Below are positions 1 to 14,199 of a stretch of DNA of 64,000 nucleotides, one piece after another; the stretch's first letter is position 1; the number at the start of each line of letters is the position of its first letter. The notes beneath the pieces are model-generated. The model ran no database searches. It had not been told where the DNA came from and worked only from the letters and a program-made list of their open reading frames with translations. The stretch is from Eledone cirrhosa. Taxonomy: Eukaryota. Position numbers and translations under genes: made by a program. The stretch is taken from positions 280,860,001 to 280,924,000 of the forward strand of contig OZ024743.1 of NCBI GenBank assembly GCA_964016885.1, in the 5' to 3' direction.

Positions 1-30
1 GAACATCGAATGTAATTACCCAAAAAGAAC

Positions 31-232
31 TGGTCTACATCATTGGATTTAAACGAAGTGGCAGGTTTTATATCAGAGTGACCTTCTCCCAGGTCTTAAT
101 GAAGATTAGGGGTCTTTCGCTCCACAAAAGAAATTATTGGTCTACATCATTGGATTCAAACGAAGTGGCAGGTTTTATATCAGAGTGGTCTTAATGAAGA
201 TTAGGGGTCTTTCGCTCCACAAAAGAAATTAT
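31..232. repeat. Imperfect tandem duplication of a ~100-bp unit
   Basis: tggtctacatcattgga...aaagaaattat occurs at ~31-137 and again at ~138-232. The second copy lacks a short internal segment (accttctccca...). Confidence 0.85.
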
Positions 233-714
233 TGGCTAGCCATTGACTCTCTGAGTTCTTCCGTCCTTTGATGGGTTTTGTTTTTTATCCCGCAGTGTGT
301 CCAAAATCACCCTTCTCACCAAGCAAGCTTGGTGAAGTTGCTGGTTAAGTCATCGATGACCCGATCATGCGCCTCTCTATCACTTCCTCTTTTCTTCTCT
401 GGAAGAAATCGGTTGTTCTCAAACCTGGAAAGGCTTAGGTTCCGCCAAATATAAAATATCCAACACACCCCGTTTGTCGCTATATTCCACCATTAGTTTC
501 GACTGTTTATACTAGCGCTATTTTCCTCTCTATTAACCTGATTACCAGCGTTGTCGTCCTCACTATTTACCCGATTGTTAACAACATTGCAATATATCTC
601 ATACGTAGAAGATTCCAAAACAAATAATTGATATATTCGAACTAACTTTAGACAACAAGATTTTGTCTGGCTTTCTGCTTTACTGCATCGGTATTCCATC
701 AGACTGGCGATATG

Positions 715-2960
<2,246 letters not shown>

Positions 2961-3610
2961 CATAAAAAGCATAGTGCCAACCAATAATGTCAATTATGGT
3001 ATATAGACGTGGTGAATACTTGCCCAAGACGCCACCAGCCTAGTCAGCTGGACGTTGTCGATTCTCATCCGATTTGCTTTGACCAACCACTTCATTTTGT
3101 TGACCAGATTCTTGAACTGGAAATAGCAGCCAAATCTCTCGCCAAATCTTACCATACTGTCGAGAATAGAATTTTTTGTTAAATCTCATTGGACAACGTA
3201 ATTCTAAATATACTAAAAAGACGGGCAGATCTCTTTAATCAATGATTTCTGCTCAACCAGTGCACACCTAGGGTTATATAAGATAACACTTCTATTTCTT
3301 AAAATAACCCCAATATAGATACAAATACATGCACAGTCACACATACATGCATGCATACATACATCAATAAGTCTGTCGCATCATTAACCTTATGAAGCTT
3401 TCCAGCTATACTTTACTCAAGGGAGTATTAAAATGAGTAAAAAGAGATATGGACACATACACACACATAAGCACCAAGCCCACTATACACACACACGCGC
3501 ACAAACACACGCAAACACACATACACACACATATATATATATAATATATATGTATATATATATATATATATATTGGTAAACGGAATAGAAAATGCTGACA
3601 AATTGTTCAC

Positions 3611-3761
3611 AGTGAAAAATAGTTTAATTAGGAATAAGTGAAAATTAGTAATTGTATTGGTTAGTATTCAGTTTTGGTTTTAAGTTTTACCGGTTGCGCA
3701 TTTCTAATGCTTTTCAAAAATAATTTTGAGATAGAGCGTCCGTGATGTTTGCTCTGATCTG
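3611..3761. repeat. Dispersed ~150-bp repeat, copy 1; inverted copy at ~11775-11925
   Basis: agtgaaaaatagtttaattaggaataag...gatagagcgtccgtgatgtttgctctgatctg is the near-identical reverse complement of cagattagagcaaacatcacgggcgctctatc...aaactatttttcact. Confidence 0.85.
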
Positions 3762-4078
3762 ATTAGTTTTGGGAATTCTACCTGTTTTTATGTTAAAAAA
3801 GTGGCTCCAGCGGTATTAAAATAACTTTTGCACCAATTCCTGTTGCAAAAATTCTTGTGGTCAAAACAATTTTGATTGGTCGGTAGAGGTCATGTGAATG
3901 TAAAACATTGATTTTGCGCCAAATGTAGGTTTGTGTCGGCTGACTGAGAAATGACTCTTTCACAACAAATATGTGTGTGTGTAGTAGTAGTAGTAGTAAA
4001 GTGTCCGTGTTGTGATAATGGTCAGCAGGGATGTGTGTGCGAACCGCAGCCTGTTGACAGTTCAAATGCCTATTAAGA

Positions 4079-4169
<91 letters not shown>

Positions 4170-4276
4170 CAGAGTAATTCGTGGTAGAGGGATGGTCAGT
4201 AGGAATGTGTCTGTAAGTGAGTGAAGGATATTTTAACATGTTAAAAGATATTTTTCAGCTCTTTTCTTATACGGAG

Positions 4277-4333
<57 letters not shown>

Positions 4334-4569
4334 TTTGTATGTTAATGTACGCGTGTGTATGTGTGTGTGTATATATGTGTGTATGTGTGTGAGAATGTGT
4401 GTGTGTGTGTGTGTGTGGGTGGACCAATATTCTTTTCCTTGTAAAATGGTGTACATTATTCGATATTTTCAGTAAAATCGATTCTCTCAATAGAACATCA
4501 AAAACCTTAATAATAAAAGGTGTGAAATGATATATAGTATTGGTATAATACCAAGGTGTGTGTCAGTGT

Positions 4570-4837
4570 GTGTGTGTGTCCAGATTGTACGTACTGAAAG
4601 GGGGATCCCTTAGGCCTTGCCGTATTGGAATACCTGTGCACAAATATGTATCTGGAGTGTGTCCAGAAATTGTATACCTGTGCACAAATTGTACACTTGT
4701 GCACAAACTGCACACATGCATCTGGAGTGTGTCCAGAAATTGTATACCTGTGCACAAATATGTATCTGGAGTGTGTCCAGAAATTGTATACCTGTGTACA
4801 AATATGTATCTGGAGTGTGTCCAGATTGCACGTACTG

Positions 4838-4840
<3 letters not shown>
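4570..4840. repeat. 44-bp minisatellite with an internal hairpin (tctgga-gtgtg-tccaga)
   Basis: tctggagtgtgtccaga at 4651, 4721, 4765 and 4809 (spacings 70, 44, 44); unit is about tatgtatctggagtgtgtccagaaattgtatacctgtgcacaaa. Confidence 0.85.
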
Positions 4841-4916
<76 letters not shown>

Positions 4917-5107
4917 AGGGTGTTAAAGTTTGCTTGAAGCATTGTGAAATGTGTAAAATGCGTAGTTAAGAAAGCCACAACAATGCAGAGGGAAATCTCG
5001 AGGTAGGAAGTGAAAGATAGATAGGAAAAACAGGTGAAAGTGAAAATTGAGAGAGACAAAGATGAAAACAAAACAAAGGTAGAAGGGTTACCGTAGTAGA
5101 GATTTAA

Positions 5108-5143
5108 TCCCAATATTTCGGGCTCACGCCCATCAACGGGGGA
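5108..5143 (-). ncRNA. Minimal hammerhead-like motif with variant core (inverted copy)
   Basis: Exact reverse complement of 7363-7398. Confidence 0.45.
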
Positions 5144-5682
5144 AAGTTCCAAAAGGGGGGGAAACAGGCCAAGCGGAGAAAGTTGTGATGTCGTTAAGAC
5201 AGGAATGCCGTTATGGGGAGAAAATTATTTAAAATTTAAACGAGGGAAAGAATGCGCGTGCGCGTGATAGGCTGTGGCAAAAGCTACTGACCAAATGGGT
5301 TAAATCAAGAGGGTGCGCTAGCGTGTGAAAGCCGTAAGAATGTATGTGTAAATATATATGTGTGTGTAACTGTGTGTGTATAAGTGTAAGTGTGTATATG
5401 TGTGAGTGTGTGTGTCTGTGAAAGATAGTGGGCTGTAGAAGCTGGAAATCAAAGGGTGTGAAAGGTGGTAGGTTGTAAAACATGTGTGCGTGTATAAATA
5501 TAGATGTGTGTGTGTAAGCGTATGGGTATACATGTGTGTGTAAATGTGTGTGTATATGTGTGAGTGCGTTTGTGTGTGAAAGATAGTGGGCTGTAGAAGC
5601 TGGAAATCAAAGGGTGTGAAAGGTGGTAGGTTGTAAAAACATGTGTGCGTGTATAAATATAGATGTGTGTGTGTATACATAT

Positions 5683-6759
5683 GCACTCTTCAATTTCCTC
5701 GGCCACACGTACAAACAAATCTCTGGGCTACCTATGGGCTCTAGTCTGTCCGGCATACTTGCGATCTCGTACATGGACCACCTGGAACGCAAGGCACTCA
5801 ATACCTGCCAACCCAACGCCGTCGCCTTCTACTCCAGATACGTTGATGATATCCTGATACTTACTTCTTCCCGGGAGATGGCGAATGAAATTCACCAAAT
5901 CTTCAACGATACTGACCATCACGTCGATTTCACCATCGAACACCCAGGAGAAGACGGGTCACTCGCCCTCCTCGACTTCCGTATCAACATCTCGGAAGAA
6001 GGAGACATAAACACCACCTTCTACCGCAAAGTAGCGTGCAAGGACTTATTTGTGCATTATAACTCAGCCCTCCCCAACAACGCTAAGAGAGGCTATGTCC
6101 TAAATGAACTGACACGGATCACTAACAGATGCAGCGACCCGATGGGTGGTCTCACCCATACCACGCAATTCCGTAATCTACTCAGATCTAATGGTTATCC
6201 CAAGCGACTGATTAACGGAATTAGAGACCCCAGACCCAATAGACAGACACCCACTAGAAAATTAAATAATAGCAGGTGTTTCTTTAAAATCCCCCACCTG
6301 AGTGAATATACCACGAACGCCATCCGCAGGGCCATACGGACGGAGGGACTTGACATACATTTGGCCCACACAGGACCTTCGCTGCGAAGATGCCTCTCCA
6401 ACAAACCCGACGAGTCAGATGGGACGTGTTCCCTCAGCAACTGCCCGATACGGGGGGCAGATTGCCTACGCACCTATGTCGTATATAAGATTCAATGCGA
6501 TAAATGTAACAAGTTTTACATAGGTAGCACCATCCGACCCCTACATGTTCGTATCAAGGAACATATCAACACCAACGCATCTTCCTTCCGTAAACACATC
6601 CTTAAATGCGGAAACCCACAGGGTAGACCCTTGGTCACAGTCCTAGCGACTGAACGCAGCATCGGATCCTTAAGGATAAAGGAAGCACTTGTTATTAAGA
6701 ACCTCGGACCCCCACTTAACAACCGGGCTGAGAGAAATGAGCTGACATGGCTAACTTAA
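5683..6759 (+). pseudogene. PLE reverse transcriptase (C-terminal half) plus GIY-YIG endonuclease; N-terminus lost
   Basis: RT motifs YKQISGLPMGSSLSGILA, YSRYVDDIL and LALLDFRI; PLE thumb FYRK...HYNSALP; Cys linker CSLSNCPIRGADC; GIY-YIG VVYKIQCDKCNKFYIGST..LHVRIKEH...KEALVI...LN. The first ~20 aa of the ORF-track entry (from 5623) come from the inverted arm. The frame is open, which suggests a young copy. Confidence 0.93.
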
Positions 6760-6840
6760 CCATAGTGACCATTCACAGCCTACGGCCTGCTATCTTCACA
6801 CACACGCACGTATATGCATACCCATACGCATACACACACA

Positions 6841-7110
6841 CATCTATATTTATACACGCACACATGTTTTTACAACCTACCACCTTTCACACCCTTTGAT
6901 TTCCAGCTTCTACAGCCCACTATCTTTCACACACAAACGCACTCACACATATACACACACATTTACACACACATGTATACCCATACGCTTACACACACAC
7001 ATCTATATTTATACACGCACACATGTTTTACAACCTACCACCTTTCACACCCTTTGATTTCCAGCTTCTACAGCCCACTATCTTTCACAGACACACACAC
7101 TCACACATAT
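6841..7110 (+). repeat. ~159-bp direct repeat inside the PLE-1 3' UTR
   Basis: catctatatttatacacgcacacatg...cagcccactatctttcac starts at 6841 and again at ~7000. It is mirrored in the left arm. Confidence 0.85.
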
Positions 7111-7362
7111 ACACACTTACACTTATACACACACAGTTACACACACATATATATTTACACATACATTCTTACGGCTTTCACACGCTAGCGCACCCTCTTG
7201 ATTTAACCCATTTGGTCAGTAGCTTTTGCCACAGCCTATCACGCGCACGCGCATTCTTTCCCTCGTTTAAATTTTAAATAATTTTCTCCCCATAACGGCA
7301 TTCCTGTCTTAACGACATCACAACTTTCTCCGCTTGGCCTGTTTCCCCCCCTTTTGGAACTT

Positions 7363-7398
7363 TCCCCCGTTGATGGGCGTGAGCCCGAAATATTGGGA
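7363..7398 (+). ncRNA. Minimal hammerhead-like motif in the PLE-1 pLTR, variant core CCGUUGA
   Basis: tccc-CCGTTGA-t-GGGC gtga GCCC-GAA-ATAT-T-ggga. Stem I tccc/ggga, 4-bp stem II with a GNRA loop, palindromic mini stem III (ATAT), as in minimal PLE hammerheads. The core differs from CUGANGA at two positions. Confidence 0.45.
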
Positions 7399-7545
7399 TT
7401 AAATCTCTACTACGGTAACCCTTCTACCTTTGTTTTGTTTTCATCTTTGTCTCTCTCAATTTTCACTTTCACCTGTTTTTCCTATCTATCTTTCACTTCC
7501 TACCTCGAGATTTCCCTCTGCATTGTTGTGGCTTTCTTAACTACG

Positions 7546-7614
<69 letters not shown>

Positions 7615-7706
7615 AAATAATTCCGTCGGAAAAGTCCAGGAGAAAAGAGTGCTCTATGTAGGTAACAGAGCTTAATAGTTATGTAATAAACAACATAAGG
7701 CAATTA

Positions 7707-7765
7707 TTCCATTAACCAGTGGTTTCTTAAAAGCAAAAAATGTTGCTTTCAATCATCAGAATGAA
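7707..7765 (-). ncRNA. Type I hammerhead ribozyme HH-A
   Basis: Reverse complement reads ttcatt-CTGATGA-ttgaaagcaa catttt ttgcttttaa-GAAA-cca c tgg-TT-aatggaa. 10-bp stem II, stem III, stem I catt/aatg, GUU cleavage triplet. Confidence 0.75.
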
Positions 7766-7912
7766 AAAATCCTGGTCTATTTATTGAATTGGATTTTTAA
7801 AAAACAAAAATGCAGTCTATATGAAAGTGAGGCTGGAGAAGGAAGAAGGAAAGGAAAAATAAAATAAAAACACACATGCAAACACACACACACACACACG
7901 ATTATATACATC

Positions 7913-7958
<46 letters not shown>

Positions 7959-8582
7959 CACACATACATACACACACACATATACACATATATATGTGTA
8001 TATATATATACATACATATACATACACACATACATACATACACACATAAATATCAACATATCCATACATACACATACATATATACAACCACACACATGTG
8101 TATACACATATATATATAGAAATAGAAATATATATATATATATATATATATATGCATACACATTCACATACATAGCCATACACACATACATATACATACA
8201 TACATACATACATACACACAATCATACGTATATACACACGTACATACAAACACATACATACACACATATATTCATGCATACATATGCATGCACCATATTA
8301 GAAAAATATACACACACCTCTACATATTCACACACGCAAATAAATATAAGAAAAAATATATATAAACAATAATAAAGACAAAAGTTGACAGCGATACAGG
8401 CAACAAATAAATGAAAAAACACACGTGGTAAGAAATACACACAAATGCACGTACACATACATAAGTAAAAATAAATGCATACACACACTCTCATACATAA
8501 ATATACATATACAAATACATAAACACATACATACGCATTCACAAATTCATACACATATACACATATACACACAGATATACAT

Positions 8583-8647
<65 letters not shown>

Positions 8648-8815
8648 TATATACACATACACACACATACATACATAGCCATACAATTATACACATACAA
8701 ATACGTACATATAACAAACACGCACAACCAAATTCAAACACACACATATATATATATATGTGTGTAAAACTCATTCTTAGATAATTCATATGAACCTTAT
8801 TTAACTCTAAAATAT

Positions 8816-8862
<47 letters not shown>

Positions 8863-8973
8863 TACATACACATACATACTTACTAACATACACATATATA
8901 CCTACACACACATATATACATACACATACGTATGCATACGTACACACACACACATACATATACATATATAACT

Positions 8974-9052
<79 letters not shown>

Positions 9053-9055
<3 letters not shown>

Positions 9056-9397
9056 GATATAAAACAAATGGAAACTACATTTATAAAACCATATTTATTT
9101 CATTATATATATTTCAGGGATATCATATTAAAAATATGGTATGCCCTCTTCAGATAAAATACAATATATAAACAGTTTTATAAATAAATTTGACATACCT
9201 TAGAATTTTTACAACTTCCATTTAAAAAGTTGTTGTTGTAAAAATTCTAAGGTATGTCAAATTTATTTATAAAACTGTTTATATATTGTATTTTATCTGA
9301 AGAGGGCATACCATATTTTTAATATGATATCCCTGAAATATATATAATGAAATAAATATGGTTTTATAAATATAGTTTCCATTTGTTTTATATCGTA
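9053..9397. repeat. Near-perfect palindrome with 163-bp arms and a 19-bp spacer
   Basis: 9053-9215 is the reverse complement of 9235-9397 with one mismatch seen. The ORFs at 8932 (+) and 9279 (-) share the peptide [14 protein letters not shown]...QIKYNI. Confidence 0.93.
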
Positions 9398-9723
9398 AAA
9401 TACTCCAAAACCTGTTGAGTGCTTTTATATCAGTTATAAAATATTTACTCGTTGTAACCCAACAATTTAAAATAAAACTTTTGCATATATATATATATAT
9501 ATATATGAGAAAGAACAAAAATAATATAAAATAAATATTTTATATATAAAAATTTGACAAGTAATAAATAAAATATATATATATATATATATATTTAGAA
9601 AAGGGTATAAATGCCCATACAGACCTAGAGCACTCAACAAGTTCATGGAGTAAAAGATCAATGAAAATATTCATCAAATCACTATATATAATGATGCACA
9701 TACATACACCCTAATACAATTAT

Positions 9724-9768
<45 letters not shown>

Positions 9769-9838
9769 AAATTATATACATACACACACACACACAAAAA
9801 AAACCCAGCCACAGAGATACAAACACACATACAAAAAC

Positions 9839-9943
<105 letters not shown>

Positions 9944-10229
9944 CACACACACATAGGAAGAAGCCTGACCCTACGGAAGTGCTCAAGGCTTTTCTGAGGC
10001 TATTATATAAAAACACACAAAACCAATATATAAAAAAACTAAAAATAAAAAAAATTGTTGGTATGTGAAGGGTAAGGCAAAAAATAGGGGGGAAAAGGAG
10101 GGAGGGGTAAATGACATAGGAAAAGGTTTAAATATAAGGGGAGATAAGGGAGAAAGAGAATACAAGAGTACAGAACGTGGATTCAGCAGGTAAAAAAACC
10201 GTAGTAGAAGTAAAGAGCAGAGAAGGAGT

Positions 10230-10803
10230 TCAAGGCGGTTGAGTTATTATAGGAATGTCAAACCAGTTACAGATCAGATGTGATTTCAGATGAGGACAAC
10301 ATCTGAAGATCTCGGTCTTTGAGTTCAGGCAAGCAGAAGTGGCTTTCAAGTTTAGCAAAATTCTATATTTTTCCGTGGTACACAAAGAACAATTCTTTGT
10401 GCCCCTTTGATACTCCCTCGAATGGTCTAAAATAGACCAATCGATAGAGTACGGGATGTTTTTATCCTTGAATTCTCACACCTTACTTGCGAGGGCCGTT
10501 GTTGTTCGTTTATCGGAGTGCTTAAAAGAAGCGACATGTGAGTAAAACCTGGTTTTAAACCTGTCCTGGGTCATGCCGACATATCGCTCACTCCTGGCTG
10601 GCTGGTTGTTGATTAAAGGTGTTATTTTAACCTCATAAACAACAGATTTGGTGTTACATTTGCCCTGCAATGGGCATTCATCCGGCTTCCTGCAACTGCA
10701 TCCTGGATTTGTTCTCGTATGATTTGAATTGGTGATCTTGGACTTCATAGATGGGAAACAAGAGTAACTGATCTTAACTGCATTCCTATTAAATATCTTA
10801 TAA
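10230..10803 (-). pseudogene. Neptune-type PLE linker plus GIY-YIG endonuclease remnant with one in-frame TGA
   Basis: Manual translation: YKIFNRNAVKISYSCFPSMKSKI...CSCRKPDECPLQGKCNTKSVVYEVKI...YVGMTQDRFKTRFYSHVASFKH...TALASKV*EFKDKNIPYSIDWSIL...NCSLCTTEKYRIL...LNSKTEIFRCCPH...QPP*. These are hallmark Neptune motifs (KIFNR..KxSYSC, CxC..CPLxGxC, CxLC, CxH). Confidence 0.9.
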
Positions 10804-11350
10804 TATCTATGATATATATGATGTATATATGTGTGTATGTATGTATAATATCTATGATGTATATATGTGTGTATGTATGTGCTTGTATGTACGTGTGTAT
10901 ATACGTATGATTGTGTGTATGTATGTATGTATGTATGTATGTATGTATGTATATGTATATGTGTATGGCTATGTATGTGAATGTGTATGCATATATATAT
11001 ATATTTATATTTCTATATATATATGTGTATATATATGTGTGTGGTTGTATATATGTATGTGTATGTATGGATATGTTGATATTTATGTGTGTATGTATGT
11101 ATGTGTGTATGTATGTGTATGTATATATATATACACATATATATGTGTATATGTGTGTGTGTATGTATGTGTGTATGTATATATATATATATATATATGT
11201 GGATGTATATAATCGAGTGTGTGTCTGTGTGTGCTTGCGTGTGTGTTTTTATTTTACTTTTACTTTCCTTCTTCCTTCTCCAGCCTCACTTTCATATAGA
11301 CTGCATTTTTGTTTTTTAAAAATCCAATTCAATAAATAGACCAGGATTTT

Positions 11351-11393
11351 TTCATTCTGATGATTGAATGAAAGAAACCACTGGTAAATGGAA
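11351..11393 (+). ncRNA. Type I hammerhead ribozyme HH-B (collapsed stem II)
   Basis: ttcatt-CTGATGA-ttgaatgaaa-GAAA-cca c tgg-TA-aatggaa, with a GUA triplet. Confidence 0.65.
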
Positions 11394-11418
11394 TAATTGC
11401 CTTATGTTGTTTATTACA

Positions 11419-11474
<56 letters not shown>

Positions 11475-11519
11475 CTACAGACCTTTTTAGTTAGGTAATA
11501 AACAACATAAGATAATTAT

Positions 11520-11590
11520 TTCATTTACCAAAGGTTTCACGAAGACAGACAATCTTGACACATACGTCTGCCTTCAATCATCAGAATGAA
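11520..11590 (-). ncRNA. Type I hammerhead ribozyme HH-C in a solo pLTR fragment
   Basis: Reverse complement reads ttcatt-CTGATGA-ttgaaggcagacg tatgtgtcaagat tgtctgtcttcgt-GAAA-cc ttt gg-TA-aatgaa. Perfect 6-bp stem I, long stem II, GUA triplet. The ~125-bp fragment lies between (TA)n tracts. Confidence 0.78.
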
Positions 11591-11732
11591 TTTTATTATA
11601 TATATATATATATATATATGCTTAAGTATTTCCGAAGAAAAAGCAAAGGAAAAATGAGTGCTCTATATATAGAACAGGGCTATTTAATGTTGTACACTTT
11701 CTAATATATATATATATGTATATATATATATA

Positions 11733-11774
<42 letters not shown>

Positions 11775-11778
<4 letters not shown>

Positions 11779-11925
11779 TTAGAGCAAACATCACGGGCGC
11801 TCTATCTCAAAATTATTTTTGAAAAGCATTAGAAATGCGCAACCGGTAAAACTTAAAACCAAAACTGAATACTAACCAATATTATTACTAATTTTTACTT
11901 ATTCCTAATTAAACTATTTTTCACT
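11775..11925. repeat. Dispersed ~150-bp repeat, copy 2 (inverted relative to 3611-3761)
   Basis: Reverse-complement match to 3611-3761. Confidence 0.85.
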
Positions 11926-12369
11926 AGAGTACTTGGAAAAATTAATTTCCATTTCTTTCGCTAGAAACTGGCTGGAGGTGCTGGTTAGGAGGTGCTGGCT
12001 GGAATTTACAATCGAAGGCTTTAATCTTTACTCTATATCCCACCTTGATAACTTATAAGGATTCCCAATAATACACTTAAACTTTTTTCATATAAGACTC
12101 TCTCTGTAGTTTCATTAAATAAATCCCGCAACACAAACCTTTAATTTTCTATTAATTTTCTAATTATTTTTAAAATTTCTTTTAACTCTTAATTTTTTTA
12201 ACTTTTAATTTAATTTCAACCTCTAACATAAGTTAACGTTCCAATTTTCTGTTCACACATTTGACCATACAGACAACCATTATATATGCCTTTGTTAAAA
12301 TATAGGTTCTTTGGAATAACATTTTTCGCAGCGTTTTTTTGCCTGACTGTAGTGTAACCCTTACGCTGA

Positions 12370-12441
<72 letters not shown>
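12370..12441. repeat. (TTTC)n microsatellite
   Basis: Directly visible. Confidence 0.95.
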
Positions 12442-12719
12442 TCTTTTTTTATTCTCTGACGGAGAGGTGGTAGTACACTATAAGCATTTGCCCCTTCACC
12501 AGATGGTCATTAGTAAACCGAATAGCCATCACTTGAGGGCGACTGACCGAGGTGAAAATAGCTAGTTGGTCAGTGGTCCTCTCTGTCTCTGATTTTCGGA
12601 CCGATGGATTTTTTTATATATTCCTTTGTTATATTTCGAATACCTGATGATATCACCGGATTCATACGGAACACGGTCATTGAAATGATCGAGGATTTAC
12701 ACCAGTTCAGCCTCCTGTT

Positions 12720-13098
12720 ATATGTATGAATGAACATATATTATATTTGATAATGTACAGTATGTTTATTTTAAAACATTTTGAAGACCATTCGCTATAT
12801 GTTCTAAAGTAGTATCTACGCCACTTACTTGGTCTCGGCAAAAGCAAAGGGAAGCAATCGACGGTTGTTTCTCGCTCGTTACCGGTCGTCAAGATAACAT
12901 ATCCCTTCGCTTCTGCGGAGACTTATAGAAGCTGGATTATAAAGCGAGAAGCAGCCGTCTATTGCTTCGCTTTGCTTTTGCTGAGATCAAGTAACTGGCG
13001 TAGTCACTACTTTAAAAGTCATAGAGAATGGTCTTCAAAATGTTTTTAAATAAACATACAGTATATTATCAAATATACTATACGTATATTCATATATA
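12720..13098. mobile_element. Foldback/MITE-like element with ~155-bp imperfect inverted arms
   Basis: ~12720-12876 pairs with ~12943-13098 (e.g. cattttgaagaccattc / gaatggtcttcaaaatg and gcaaaagcaaag / ctttgcttttgc), with a ~65-bp spacer. Confidence 0.7.
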
Positions 13099-13404
13099 TC
13101 TCTCTATATATAAAATTATTTGTCTGTCTGTCTGTCTGTTCGTATGCATTCTCAAACGGCTGGACCAAATCAAATCAAATTTTACGGGGTAATCGTACTA
13201 GACCCCGGGAGTGTTAACATGTAATTTTTATTTTCATTTGGATTAAAACAATATGACATTTTATCAAAAATAAACTTTCTATAGTAAACTATAGTAAACC
13301 ACTACCACCACCACCATGACGTCACATTTTGTATATGAGTGTGTATGTGTCTGTGAGTGTATGTGTTTACGAGTTCGTTACGTACGTTAGGCCTCAAGAA
13401 TTAA

Positions 13405-13449
<45 letters not shown>

Positions 13450-13863
13450 TACACATACATATAGCCTTAGTAAGTTGCATACACATTATCTTCACACACA
13501 GACAATTAAATACACACACATCTACACATACAGATACATATGTGATGACTGCATGATGAATGTATGTCTTAGTATATGTATCTGGATGTATGTGAGAGTG
13601 TGTGTGATGTATGTGAGAGTGTATGTGTGTGTGTGTATGTGCATGTGTGAGTGTATGTGTGATTATTTTTATTTTCGTTTGGATTAAAACAATAGAAAAC
13701 AACACGATGACGTCAAATTTTGTATATGAACATATATGTGTCTGTGAGTGTGTGTGTACGCGTTCTTTGGGTACGTTGTTAAATTCACACACACACATCT
13801 ACACATATGTAGCGACTGACCAAAACTGAGGTTAAAAGCTATGCGTGTGTCTGCGTGAATGTA

Positions 13864-13903
<40 letters not shown>

Positions 13904-14121
13904 TTAGTATATGTATATGAGAGTGTATGTGTGTGAGTGTGTAGCAACAATTTATTCATTTGGTCGCCAACAAAAAATTATACAATGAATATAGTTTACC
14001 CTAAGGTGCTTCAAGATTGACAGATTTTCATTTCTGAATTCTATTATCATTACAATTTTGAATTGTTTACTAATCTGAATAAGAACAGCAGTAACCCGGG
14101 CAACGTCAGGTAATTCGGCTA

Positions 14122-14122
<1 letters not shown>
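13099..14122 (+). mobile_element. Non-autonomous Helitron-type element
   Basis: 5' a|TCTCTCTATATATAAAA followed by (TCTG)n and aacggctggacc. 3' subterminal imperfect hairpin acccgggcaacgtcaggt, then CTAG|t. This is an A|TC...CTAG|T insertion with no TSD. Internal ~400-bp duplication (tggattaaaacaata, atgacgtca.attttgtatatga) and CA/TG tracts. Confidence 0.75.

Positions 14123-14199
<77 letters not shown>

Larger units (their letters stand above)
4915..7552 (+). mobile_element. Penelope-like retroelement PLE-1, 5'-truncated, with an inverted copy of its 3' end (pseudo-LTR) at the 5' side
   Basis: The RT-GIY-YIG ORF (5683-6759) is flanked by ~720-bp near-identical inverted arms (~4954-5675 and ~6830-7552). 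Both outer ends abut (TA)n tracts. Inverted partial pLTRs are a known outcome of PLE integration. Confidence 0.9.

Noticed and set aside
240-400. Possible LINE/SINE fragment with hairpin tcaccaagc-aa-gcttggtga
   Set aside because: It resembles an interspersed repeat, but I cannot assign family or boundaries from the sequence alone.
10476-10478. In-frame TGA as selenocysteine, as reported for Naiad PLEs
   Set aside because: It falls at the conserved Trp of the Neptune LSKxxW.LK motif (TGG to TGA), not at a Cys, and the domain order is not Naiad-like. It is an ordinary nonsense mutation.
12644-12695. CTGATGA...GAAATGATC as a further hammerhead
   Set aside because: The core boxes are present and stem II is partial (accg/cggt), but I could not form a convincing stem I, so it is not called.
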